The notes beneath the pieces were generated by a model. The model was not told where the DNA came from. It saw only the letters and a program-made list of their open reading frames with translations, and ran no database searches. A stretch of DNA of 31,176 nt from an uncultured Ruminococcus sp. (GTDB lineage: Bacteria; Bacillota; Clostridia; Oscillospirales; Acutalibacteraceae). The DNA lies in contig CAMGGF010000001.1 in assembly GCA_946055445.1 (NCBI GenBank), forward strand, positions 1 through 31,176, given 5' to 3'. This document shows positions 16,839 through 25,866 of the stretch, one piece after another; within the stretch, counting starts at the first letter, position 1, and the number at the start of each line of letters is the position of its first letter. A program made the translations under genes and the position numbers.

Positions 16839-18752
16839 ATGAACAGCGGATTTATGAAGGTTTGCGCCGCTTCGCCGCGCGTTACGGTCGGTGGCGTACA
16901 GCAGAATTTAGCAAATGCATTGCGGGAAATCGAAATTGCCGCCGAAAACAAGGTGAAAATTTTGGTGTTTCCCGAATTGTATCTTTCCGGCTATACCTGC
17001 GGAGATTTGTTTTTGCAAAAAACGCTGACGGACGCGTGTTTGCAGGCGTTAATGACAATTTGCGAAAAAACCGTTACGGTGGACACGGTCATTTGCATCG
17101 GTTTACCGATTCGAATGCACAACCGACTTTATAACTGCGCGGCCGTGTTATTGCACGGTAAAATTTTGGGAATTGTACCGAAAACCTATATTCCGAATTA
17201 CGGCGAGTATTACGAAAAGCGTTGGTTTGCAAGCGGCAAAGAGGCAAATGCATATGTCTGCATCGGCACGGAAAAAATTCCGTTTCAAAATAACATTTTA
17301 TTCTCACTTGCAGAGGACACCGTTCTCGGTGTGGAAATTTGTGAGGATTTGTGGGTACCCAATCCCCCGAGCACCGACCTTGCGCTCGCAGGGGCAAATA
17401 TCATCGTCAACCTTTCGGCGAGCAACGAAGCCGTTACAAAAAATGCGTATCGAAAAAGTATTATCACCGCGCAAAGCGCAAAGTGTTTTTGTGCGTATGT
17501 ATATGCGTCGGCAGGCGTTGGCGAATCCTCTACGGATTTGGTCTTTTCGGGTGCTTGCACCGTGGCGGAAAACGGCACCGTTTTAGCCGAGGGCGAACGG
17601 TTTGCCTTTGACGGCACGCGCGCCGTTGCAGACATTGATGTGGACAAATTGAACGCGGAACGGATTCGAAACGGCTCTTTCTCGGAATATGCGGCCGCTG
17701 TCCGTCAAAATTACACAACCATTTACGGTGATGTGCACCTGTCAACCGACTTTTCTGATGTCACCCGCACATTTAATCCGCACCCGTTTGTACCTGCGGA
17801 TACGGCGGAAAAAGATGCACGATGCCGTGAAATTCTTGCGATTCAAAGCCACGCACTGGCAAAGCGTCTTGCGCACACGGGTTTAAACAAGGCGGTGGTC
17901 GGCATTTCGGGTGGGCTGGACTCCACACTGGCACTGCTTGTTTGCGTGCGGACAATGCAAATTTTAGGTTTGCCGCGTGAAAATATTATTTGCGTAACGA
18001 TGCCCGGCTTCGGCACAACCGACCGCACCTATCAAAATGCGGTGGCACTGATAAAAGCCTTCGGCGCGACTTTTTTGGAAATCTCCATCAAAGATGCCGC
18101 TTTACAACATATGCAGGATATCGGGCACAATCCCGACACACACGACATCACCTATGAAAACACACAAGCACGCGAACGCACACAAATTTTGATGGACCTT
18201 GCCAACAAGCACGGCGGTATTTTGGTTGGTACGGGCGATTTGAGTGAATTGGCACTCGGTTGGTGCACCTATAATGCGGACCATATGAGTATGTACGGCG
18301 TCAACGCAGGCGTACCGAAAACACTTGTGCGGCATTTGGTGGAAAATGAGGCAGAAAACCTACCGGAAAGTATTTCGGCAATCTTACGCGATGTGCTTGC
18401 AACGCCTGTCAGCCCCGAATTATTGCCGCCTGATGAAAACGGCAAAATTCAGCAAAAAACCGAAGAAACCTTAGGGCCCTATGCGGTACACGATTTCTAC
18501 CTGTATCACTTTTTGCGGTTCGGAACGCGTCCCGAAAAACTGCTGTTTACGGCAACGCGCGCATTCAAAGATATTTACACGGAAGAACAGTTAAAACGGT
18601 GGTTACAACTGTTCATAAAACGCTTTTTTAACAACCAATTTAAGCGTTCCTGCCTGCCCGACGGCCCGAAAGTCGGCTCTGTAAGTCTATCTCCGCGCGG
18701 GGATTGGCGAATGCCCTCTGACGCCGTCTATACGGAATGGCTGCACTTTTAA
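16839..18752 (+). CDS. nadE: Glutamine-dependent NAD(+) synthetase
   Basis: N-terminal nitrilase-type glutaminase domain (FPEL, PKT, EICEDLW) fused to synthetase domain (SGGLDS, ENTQARER, TGDLSE, PVSPEL). Confidence 0.97.
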   Translation: MNSGFMKVCAASPRVTVGGVQQNLANALREIEIAAENKVKILVFPELYLSGYTCGDLFLQKTLTDACLQALMTICEKTVTVDTVICIGLPIRMHNRLYNCAAVLLHGKILGIVPKTYIPNYGEYYEKRWFASGKEANAYVCIGTEKIPFQNNILFSLAEDTVLGVEICEDLWVPNPPSTDLALAGANIIVNLSASNEAVTKNAYRKSIITAQSAKCFCAYVYASAGVGESSTDLVFSGACTVAENGTVLAEGERFAFDGTRAVADIDVDKLNAERIRNGSFSEYAAAVRQNYTTIYGDVHLSTDFSDVTRTFNPHPFVPADTAEKDARCREILAIQSHALAKRLAHTGLNKAVVGISGGLDSTLALLVCVRTMQILGLPRENIICVTMPGFGTTDRTYQNAVALIKAFGATFLEISIKDAALQHMQDIGHNPDTHDITYENTQARERTQILMDLANKHGGILVGTGDLSELALGWCTYNADHMSMYGVNAGVPKTLVRHLVENEAENLPESISAILRDVLATPVSPELLPPDENGKIQQKTEETLGPYAVHDFYLYHFLRFGTRPEKLLFTATRAFKDIYTEEQLKRWLQLFIKRFFNNQFKRSCLPDGPKVGSVSLSPRGDWRMPSDAVYTEWLHF

Positions 18753-18765
18753 CCGAACTTACAGT

Positions 18766-18801
18766 AAATCCGCCCCGAAGAAAAACTTCGGGGCGGATTT
18801 T
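18766..18801. terminator. Intrinsic terminator between nadE and spoVM
   Basis: Perfect 15-bp stem AAATCCGCCCCGAAG/CTTCGGGGCGGATTT with 5-nt loop. Confidence 0.9.
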
Positions 18802-18812
18802 ATGTTGCAAAC

Positions 18813-18899
18813 TTAAACATTCTGTTCTTTTTTGATGCCGAAAATCATACGCAACAACCCACTTAACACCTTCGGACTTTTCACCACAACCACTTTCAT
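18813..18899 (-). CDS. spoVM: Stage V sporulation protein SpoVM (28 aa; not in ORF track)
   Basis: Manual translation MKVVVVKSPKVLSGLLRMIFGIKKEQNV; shares M1,K2,K7,P9,K10,L12,G14,R17,G21 with B. subtilis SpoVM; AGGAGG 8 nt upstream; syntenic position after rsgA-thiN. Confidence 0.88.
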   Translation of the reverse strand: MKVVVVKSPKVLSGLLRMIFGIKKEQNV

Positions 18900-18912
18900 T
18901 GTAGACGCCTCC

Positions 18913-19065
18913 TCAGCAAGATTTGCAAAGAAAGATGCCGCTTAAAATCAGCGCAATCGATAGGAGTACAACCAAGAATTTTGAGGGGAAAATAAACGCC
19001 AGCGCCAGTCCTAACCCGAGCATAGCAAAAATCAATCCGAGATTGCTCCTACGACGCTTTTTCAT
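18913..19065 (-). CDS. Hypothetical 50-aa membrane microprotein (not in ORF track)
   Basis: MKKRRRSNLGLIFAMLGLGLALAFIFPSKFLVVLLSIALILSGIFLCKSC; RBS AAAGGCGGTG; its TGA overlaps the spoVM SD (TGAGGAGG). Confidence 0.75.
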   Translation of the reverse strand: MKKRRRSNLGLIFAMLGLGLALAFIFPSKFLVVLLSIALILSGIFLCKSC

Positions 19066-19095
19066 ATCGACACCGCCTTTTTTCGTTGCTAATAC

Positions 19096-19121
19096 ACTAT
19101 ATGCGGTGTGAAAAAAAGTGT
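19096..19121 (-). promoter_or_regulatory. Possible mother-cell (sigma-E/sigma-K-type) promoter for the microprotein-spoVM pair
   Basis: AC-N16-CATATAGT; the -10 fits CATAnnnT of both sigma-E and sigma-K. Confidence 0.5.
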
Positions 19122-19126
19122 GCCGA

Positions 19127-19765
19127 CTAATCTTTTTGTGTCATAAAAACCAGCGCTGTGCCGTCCGTTACCGTAATTTGCGCCGTATCAGCCGTAATTT
19201 CATTGCTGACGCCGAGCCCGCAAAACGGCGTAAAAGTATAGTTTTCCAGCGGATAATAAAAGCCTTTCAACGTAACGGTACAAGCGCCGCCGAGCGCAAA
19301 TACCGATATATATTTGCTGTCATCGCGCGAAAGCATTTGTGTTTCATTGTGCAATGCAAACACACGGTGGTGCATATCCGCAACCGTCAAATCAACACCT
19401 TGCGTTTTCGCGTAAGCGCACAAATCAAAATTGGCAAAGGTATGGTCAAGCCGACTGCCTGTACCGCCGAGCAGTACAATCCGTTTATACCCGCGCCGTA
19501 TGGCTTCGTGCACCGCAACGGCACTGTCTGTATCGTCTTTTATCGGGTTTAAGCAGACGGTTTCGATGTCCGTTTGCGGACACGCGCACGAGTCAAAGTC
19601 CCCAAGGATTAAATTCGGTGTACAATCCGTAAGTTTTGCAAATGCATACCCCGCATCGGCAGTAATCACATAGGGGTTGTTTTGTAAAAACGGCAAAACC
19701 GATTCCTTCGGCATCGCATCGCCGCCTGCAAATATCACACAATCGGGGTTTGTTACAATTCCCAT
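19127..19765 (-). CDS. thiN: Thiamine diphosphokinase
   Basis: ITADAG, LGDFDS, KDDTD, GGTGSRLDH, GVSNEI. Confidence 0.94.
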   Translation of the reverse strand: MGIVTNPDCVIFAGGDAMPKESVLPFLQNNPYVITADAGYAFAKLTDCTPNLILGDFDSCACPQTDIETVCLNPIKDDTDSAVAVHEAIRRGYKRIVLLGGTGSRLDHTFANFDLCAYAKTQGVDLTVADMHHRVFALHNETQMLSRDDSKYISVFALGGACTVTLKGFYYPLENYTFTPFCGLGVSNEITADTAQITVTDGTALVFMTQKD

Positions 19766-20643
19766 TCTTTCAATTCCTTTGCTGCAGAATACAATTCCAC
19801 ATAACTGTTATGGCGCGAACGGCTGATTGCGCCGTTTTCAACCGCTTCTAAAATCTTGCACCCTTTGTCACAGGTATGCGAACAGGTGGAAAACTTACAT
19901 TCACCCAAATACGGACGAAATTCACGAAAACATTCTGCCAAATCTTCTTTGCGAATGATTTCCGTTTTATCTAAATCCAAAGCGGAAAAGCCGGGCGTAT
20001 CCACAATATAGCCGCCGCAGGTTTTGTAAAGTTGGGCTTGCCGCGTTGTGTGCCGACCGCGGCCGAGTTTGTCGCTGATTTCCCCTGTTGCAAGCGATAA
20101 AGTACTGTCCAGTGCATTTAAAAGAGAGGTTTTGCCAACGCCTGAATTACCGGTGAGCGCAGTGGTTTTGTTTTGCAGCAGTTTCTGTACTTCTGCAACG
20201 CCTTCCCCGGTTTTATTGGATACCGAAAGACAGGTAAATCCTGCCTTTTTATAAATCTCGGCAAGCGCGTCCTCGTGTTCCAAATCCCATTTGGTGAACA
20301 CCACAATCGGCTCGATTTGCTTTTTTTCCGCAACGGCAATCAGTTTGTCCAGCACAAACGGCGCAGGCTTCGGCGCGACAGTCGAAGCGACAATCAATAA
20401 TTGGTCAATATTTGCAACCGGCGGACGGCGCAATTCATTTTTGCGCGGCAAAATCTCATCAATGGTATTTTCGGCGTCGCCGTCATGCACCGTGATTTGC
20501 ACATAATCGCCCGCAAGCGGCGTGATATGCTTTTTACGAAACACGCCGCGCGCTTTACAAACATATACCGCATCGGCGGCTTCAACTGAATAGAAGCCGC
20601 CGATACCTTTCAGCAATATCCCTTTTTGCGTAAAGTTTGCCAT
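19753..20643 (-). CDS. rsgA: Ribosome small subunit-dependent GTPase A
   Basis: TKWD, GNSGVGKTS, GRHTT, DTPG, C-terminal CKFSTCSHTCDKGC Zn site. Confidence 0.96.
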   Translation of the reverse strand: MANFTQKGILLKGIGGFYSVEAADAVYVCKARGVFRKKHITPLAGDYVQITVHDGDAENTIDEILPRKNELRRPPVANIDQLLIVASTVAPKPAPFVLDKLIAVAEKKQIEPIVVFTKWDLEHEDALAEIYKKAGFTCLSVSNKTGEGVAEVQKLLQNKTTALTGNSGVGKTSLLNALDSTLSLATGEISDKLGRGRHTTRQAQLYKTCGGYIVDTPGFSALDLDKTEIIRKEDLAECFREFRPYLGECKFSTCSHTCDKGCKILEAVENGAISRSRHNSYVELYSAAKELKEWEL

Positions 20644-20654
20644 TCAAATCCTCT

Positions 20655-22805
20655 TTACTCCACCGTAAGTTTAATTTCCGCAGAGGGAACAATCTTTTCA
20701 TTTTGCTCCGGCGACTGCGATTTTACCGTACCGGCAGAAACCTTGTTCCCCTCCGTATCGACAACGGTAATATTCTTAAACCCTGCATTTTCAAGAATCG
20801 TTTTCGCATCGGCAACCGACTTGCCAACCACGCTCGGCACGGCAATGGGAAATTCGGTCTTTTTCACATCGGAAACTGCTGCCGGCGACTTCGTAAAGTC
20901 AATTCTACCGCTTTGAATTTCCTGGTCATCAATCACAACTTGATATGTGTTGTTCTCGCCCGAGCCTTTTAAGGTAATGGTTATGGTTTCACCCGAAAAA
21001 CTCACTTCGCGCGGGAACTGCTCTTGGTCGGAATTATACAAAGTGCTGTTTAAATACACTTTCATCACGCCGGACGCACCGCTTGATTTCGGCAAAGTAA
21101 CCGTGATGGTTGCCGTGGTTGCCTCCGGCACGCCGTTGCTGACTACCAAAGCGACAGCGGCACCCGATTCGGCAGTTGTGTTGCCTTCCGGCGACTGAGA
21201 AAGTACAACGCCTTTCTCTTTGTCGCTGTTTGCCTCCGTAATATTTCCGACGGTAAATCCTGCGCTTTCAATCAGTTTTTTCGCAATATCCTGACTGTAT
21301 CCGACAACCACGGGCACGGTTGCCGCATTGGGATTTTCCGTCGTTCCGACATAAATTGTGACAAGAGAACCTTTTTCACCGTAAGAACCTTCCACGGGAT
21401 AGGTGTCAAACACAATGCCGTCTTTGGCATTTTTGTCGTACTTGGTAATTACCTTCACTTCAAATCCCGCAGATTTCAGTTTCGCCTGCGCTTCTTCGGC
21501 AGAAAGCCCGACAATGCCGGAAATCAATACACTGTCATCATTATAGGCAATTTCAAGTTTAATGGTTTTGCCTTTGCGGATTTTTGTTTTCGCCTCGGGA
21601 TTTTGCGTCAGCACATCACCGGGTTCGGCGTCTGCGCTGTAAACCGAAACGGTTTCAAACACAAAATTATCGGTATACAAAGCGTTGCCCATAATTTCAT
21701 CGTTATAATTCATACCGACAAAATTCGGCACTTCAACCTTTTTCGCGTTTCTGCCGAGGAACACACCGACAAAAATGGCGACAATTACAATCAAACCTGC
21801 AATGACACCGAAAATAATCGGCATTGTTTTGCTCGGTTCCTTCTCCTCCTCTTCGACTTCCTCCGGCTCGGTTTTCACGGCATCGGCAGGCGCTTTGGCA
21901 GGCGGTACGCGTTTCGGGTCGACAAATCTTGTGGGCTCGCTGTCTACAAAATAGGTATAATCGAATTTAATGGACGGATTTTTACGGAATTCGTCTAAAT
22001 CCATCAGCATTTCAGATGCGGATTGATAGCGGTCTTTTGCATTTTTCTGCATCGCGCGCAGGGTGATTTGTTCAAGTCCCAACGGAATGTCGGGATTGAT
22101 TTCACGCGGGCGTTTTGCCTCCTGCTGCATTTGCATAATTGCCACGGAAACCGCATTATCGGATTGGAACGGCAACTGCCCTGTCAGCATTTCGTACATC
22201 ACAACGCCGACGGAATAAATGTCCGCCTTATCATCGGTAATTTCGCCGCGCGCCTGCTCGGGACTGATATAATGCACCGACCCAATTGCGCTTTCGGTCA
22301 TCGTTCTGGTATCCCCGCGAGAGAACCGCGCAATACCGAAATCGCTGACTTTAATTGTACCGTCCTGCAAAAGAATAATATTTTGCGGTTTAATATCACG
22401 GTGCACTATGCCCTTGTCATGCGCGTGCTGTAATGCCTTTAAGATTTGATTGACGAAATGAACAGCCTCTTTCCAGTTCACAACCTTCTGTTGTTCAATG
22501 TACTCTTTCAGCGTTATGCCTTCAATGTATTCCATGACAATATATTGCAATCTGTCCCCGAAACTGACATCGTACACTTTAACAATGTTCGGGTGGGACA
22601 AAACCGCAATCGCTTTTGCTTCATTTTTAAAGCGGCGACGGAATTCTTCGTTCGCCAAAAACTCCTCTTTCAGAATTTTAATCGCCACAATGCGGTCATC
22701 AATATTGTCATAAGCCTTGTAGACCACCGCCATACCGCCGACACCGACGATTTCGCGTATTTCATATCTGCCGTCTAAGCGTTTTCCGCAATAATTCTCC
22801 ATCAT
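20655..22805 (-). CDS. pknB: Stk1/PknB family PASTA-domain Ser/Thr kinase
   Basis: GVGGMAVVY, VAIK, HRDIKPQN, DFG, YISPE; one TM; four PASTA repeats plus a beta-rich domain. Confidence 0.96.
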   Translation of the reverse strand: MMENYCGKRLDGRYEIREIVGVGGMAVVYKAYDNIDDRIVAIKILKEEFLANEEFRRRFKNEAKAIAVLSHPNIVKVYDVSFGDRLQYIVMEYIEGITLKEYIEQQKVVNWKEAVHFVNQILKALQHAHDKGIVHRDIKPQNIILLQDGTIKVSDFGIARFSRGDTRTMTESAIGSVHYISPEQARGEITDDKADIYSVGVVMYEMLTGQLPFQSDNAVSVAIMQMQQEAKRPREINPDIPLGLEQITLRAMQKNAKDRYQSASEMLMDLDEFRKNPSIKFDYTYFVDSEPTRFVDPKRVPPAKAPADAVKTEPEEVEEEEKEPSKTMPIIFGVIAGLIVIVAIFVGVFLGRNAKKVEVPNFVGMNYNDEIMGNALYTDNFVFETVSVYSADAEPGDVLTQNPEAKTKIRKGKTIKLEIAYNDDSVLISGIVGLSAEEAQAKLKSAGFEVKVITKYDKNAKDGIVFDTYPVEGSYGEKGSLVTIYVGTTENPNAATVPVVVGYSQDIAKKLIESAGFTVGNITEANSDKEKGVVLSQSPEGNTTAESGAAVALVVSNGVPEATTATITVTLPKSSGASGVMKVYLNSTLYNSDQEQFPREVSFSGETITITLKGSGENNTYQVVIDDQEIQSGRIDFTKSPAAVSDVKKTEFPIAVPSVVGKSVADAKTILENAGFKNITVVDTEGNKVSAGTVKSQSPEQNEKIVPSAEIKLTVE

Positions 22806-22818
22806 GTATTCTTTCTCC

Positions 22819-23550
22819 TTAAAAGCCGATTGTTACCACTGTTACATTGTCGCCGCCGCCGTTTTCAAGCGCCTTTTCGACAAGCAATTCAGCAAAATTT
22901 TTGTTCCCGCAGGTTTTCGCAAGATTTAAAATCTCATCATTCTCCACAAAATTGGTTAAGCCGTCCGTGCAAAGCAGTAAAGTATCTGCACTGCTCAAAG
23001 GTTGCTCGTAAAAATCCACACGGATTTCCGGCAAAACGCCCAACGCGCGTGTAATAATATTTCTGCTCGGATGCACCTTGGCATCTTCCGGCGTTAAACG
23101 CCCTGCGTCCATCATTTCCTGTATCACGGAATGGTCGCGCGTTAACTGTTCTATATCCGCGTTCAATAAATAGGCACGGCTGTCGCCCGCGTGCGCAATA
23201 TACGCAACACCGTCTGCCACCAGCACACAAACAACCGTAGTGCCCATACCCGCGAGTTTGATATTTGCCTGCGCAATATCATATACGCTGATATTTGCGG
23301 CGTTTATGGCAGAAACCAAAAGGTTTTTTATGGATTTGCTGTGCATGGAAGGGCGGTAACCCGATGTAATTTGCTCGGAAATGATTTTAACGGCCGTTTC
23401 CGAGGCAACATTGCCGCCTGCGGCGCCGCCCATACCGTCACAAACCACCGCCCAAGCCACACCGCCCGCCAATTCGCCGGTCGAATAAGCATCTTGGTTG
23501 CTTTCACGGACTTTGCCGATATCTGATTTTGCTGCAATTTTCAAGAACAA
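22819..23550 (-). CDS. stp1: Stp1/PrpC family PP2C Ser/Thr phosphatase
   Basis: SDIGKVRESNQD, VCDGMGG, AGDSRAY, LCTDGL, GGGDNVT. Confidence 0.96.
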   Translation of the reverse strand: MFLKIAAKSDIGKVRESNQDAYSTGELAGGVAWAVVCDGMGGAAGGNVASETAVKIISEQITSGYRPSMHSKSIKNLLVSAINAANISVYDIAQANIKLAGMGTTVVCVLVADGVAYIAHAGDSRAYLLNADIEQLTRDHSVIQEMMDAGRLTPEDAKVHPSRNIITRALGVLPEIRVDFYEQPLSSADTLLLCTDGLTNFVENDEILNLAKTCGNKNFAELLVEKALENGGGDNVTVVTIGF

Positions 23551-24582
23551 TCACCTTCTTTTCGATGCGCGCAACTGCCCGCAGGAAGCATTGATATCAC
23601 TTCCGAGGGTACGGCGTACCGTCACGGTCAAACCGTTTTGCTCTAAAATTTTTGAAAACCGACGAATGCGGTCCTCATTGCTTTTTCTATACGCCTTTTC
23701 CCGCACAGTATTCACGGGAATCAGATTGATATGACACAGCATACCGCGCAAACGTGAAGCCAATTCCATAGCACAGGTATCTGTATCGTTAAAGCCGTCA
23801 ATCATCGCGTACTCAAAAGAAATACGCCGAGAAGTCACTTTTGCATAATACCGACACGCGTCTAACAACTCGTCGATATTCCATTTTTGGTTGACAGGCA
23901 TCGTTTGGGAACGAATTTTGTCATTCGGCGCGTGCAGGGAAACAGAAAGCGTCAACCCCAGCCGTTTTTCCGCCAAATCATAAATCCGCGGCACAACCCC
24001 GCAGGTAGAAAGCGAAATATGCCGCATACTGATGTTCAAACCCTTTTCGTCTGTTACCAATTCCAAAAAACGCATAACATTCTCATAATTGTCCAGCGGT
24101 TCACCCGTTCCCATCAAAACAATGTGGGAAATGCGAATGCCGAGGTCACTTTGCGCCGTATAAATCTCGGAAAGCATTTCGGAAGGGGTTAAATGCCGCT
24201 GAAATCCGCCGATGGCAGAGGCACAAAACGAACATCCCATTTTACAGCCGAGTTGTGACGAAATACAAATCGTGTAGCCGTATTTGTACTTCATAACCAC
24301 ACTTTCGATATATTCACCGTCATTTAACTCGAACAAATACTTTACCGTATCGTCTACCGCGGAACACAATTTGGTATCAATCGTGCAATTCTTGATTTCA
24401 AACTCTGCTTCCAAAGTTTCGCGTAGGTTTTTCGGCAAATTGGTCATTTCCGAGAAAGAACGCACGCCTTTTTCATAGAGCCAAGCAAAGATTTGCGCGG
24501 CGCGGAATTTCGGCAAGCCGCGTTTTTCGATTTCTGCGGTCAACTCTGCCATATTTAAAGAACGAATGTCTGTTTTGGTCAC
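23551..24582 (-). CDS. rlmN: Dual-specificity RNA methyltransferase RlmN
   Basis: CKMGCSFC radical-SAM motif, MGTGEP, SLHAP, ASCGQL. Confidence 0.96.
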   Translation of the reverse strand: MTKTDIRSLNMAELTAEIEKRGLPKFRAAQIFAWLYEKGVRSFSEMTNLPKNLRETLEAEFEIKNCTIDTKLCSAVDDTVKYLFELNDGEYIESVVMKYKYGYTICISSQLGCKMGCSFCASAIGGFQRHLTPSEMLSEIYTAQSDLGIRISHIVLMGTGEPLDNYENVMRFLELVTDEKGLNISMRHISLSTCGVVPRIYDLAEKRLGLTLSVSLHAPNDKIRSQTMPVNQKWNIDELLDACRYYAKVTSRRISFEYAMIDGFNDTDTCAMELASRLRGMLCHINLIPVNTVREKAYRKSNEDRIRRFSKILEQNGLTVTVRRTLGSDINASCGQLRASKRR

Positions 24583-25862
24583 TTTGCTTTTCTCCCGAAC
24601 CGCGCAAAAAAGAACCCGTCAGTTCCATCTTTATGCGGCAACAGTGTTGTATACGCGTCTAACTTCTCAAAACACGGATTTTCCCGCAAAAAGCGGTCAC
24701 AAATCAAATCATTTTCGGCACGGTTTAAGGTGCATGTGGAATACACCAAAACGCCGCCCTCTTTTACATACTTTGACGAATTAACTAAAATATTATACTG
24801 TAAAAGGGTTAAGTTGTCAATAAAACCCATATCTTTATAGCGAATTTCGGGTTTTCGGCGAATGGTGCCCAGCCCCGAACACGGTACATCACACAATACG
24901 CGGTCGGCGGTGTTCGCATATGCAGGCAAATATTCGGAAGCATCCTGTGCAGAGGCTTCAACAATGGAAATTCCAAGCCGTTCTGCGCCCGTTTCAATCA
25001 AACTGACACGATGCGGGTACAAATCAAACGCGATGATTTTTCCCTTATTTTGCATTTGCTCGGCAACGGTAAAGGTTTTTCCGCCGGGCGCGGCGCAAAC
25101 ATCCAGAACCGTTTGCCCGGGGCGCGCGTCCAACGCCTGCACGCAAAGCGCACTTGCGGTATCCTGCACATGAAAAAGCCCGTCCCTGTATGCTTTGCAC
25201 TGCTCTACCGCGCCGCCCGAAGTCAGCACAAGCGTATTTTCGGTTTTACCGTTTTTTGTTTCCAATCCCTCTGCCGCAAGTTCTGCTTGCAGTTGCGCGG
25301 TATCGGTTTTTAATGTGTTTACGCGCAAAACAGTCGGAACCGCACCGAGAGAAGATGCCAAAATCCCCTCCGCATTTTCTGTTCCGTAATCCTCTATGTA
25401 ATGGCGCACGAGTGCCTGCGGACAGGAATACCGAACACTCAAAAATTGCACCGTGTCCGTTTTTTCGGGATACACAATCTCCGCGTCTGCAACTTTTCGC
25501 AACACGGAATTTACAAGTCCCGCGGCATAGGCGCAACCGTTGTATTTTACCAGATTTACACTTTCATTCACGGCGGCAGAAGCGGGCACTTTATCCATAA
25601 ACCGTAACTGATACACGCCCATACGCAGTACGGTGCGCACCTCGGGGCGTAATTTTTTGATTGGCTGCGTTAAAAAGGACGATAAAATATAGTCCAAAGT
25701 AATTTTGCGTTCCAAAACGCCGTATACCAACGCTGTTACAAACGCAGAAGACGCCGTATTTTCTTCCGTTTGCCGCAATTCGGCGTCCAGCGCCAAATTG
25801 GAATACGCTTTGTTCTTTTCAATTCGATTCAAAACGCGAAACGCAGTTTGGCGGTCGTTCAT
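24579..25862 (-). CDS. rsmB: 16S rRNA m5C967 methyltransferase RsmB
   Basis: NusB-like N-terminus, DVCAAPGGKT, DVPCSG, YSTCT. Confidence 0.96.
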   Translation of the reverse strand: MNDRQTAFRVLNRIEKNKAYSNLALDAELRQTEENTASSAFVTALVYGVLERKITLDYILSSFLTQPIKKLRPEVRTVLRMGVYQLRFMDKVPASAAVNESVNLVKYNGCAYAAGLVNSVLRKVADAEIVYPEKTDTVQFLSVRYSCPQALVRHYIEDYGTENAEGILASSLGAVPTVLRVNTLKTDTAQLQAELAAEGLETKNGKTENTLVLTSGGAVEQCKAYRDGLFHVQDTASALCVQALDARPGQTVLDVCAAPGGKTFTVAEQMQNKGKIIAFDLYPHRVSLIETGAERLGISIVEASAQDASEYLPAYANTADRVLCDVPCSGLGTIRRKPEIRYKDMGFIDNLTLLQYNILVNSSKYVKEGGVLVYSTCTLNRAENDLICDRFLRENPCFEKLDAYTTLLPHKDGTDGFFFARFGRKAK

Positions 25863-25866
25863 ACGG

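Noticed and set aside
24108-24130. RlmN motif MGTGEP instead of MGMGEP as a sign of a Cfr-like resistance enzyme
   Set aside because: The gene is in the canonical rsmB-rlmN-stp position and keeps the RlmN cysteines; variation at this residue is, to my knowledge, common in Firmicute RlmN.
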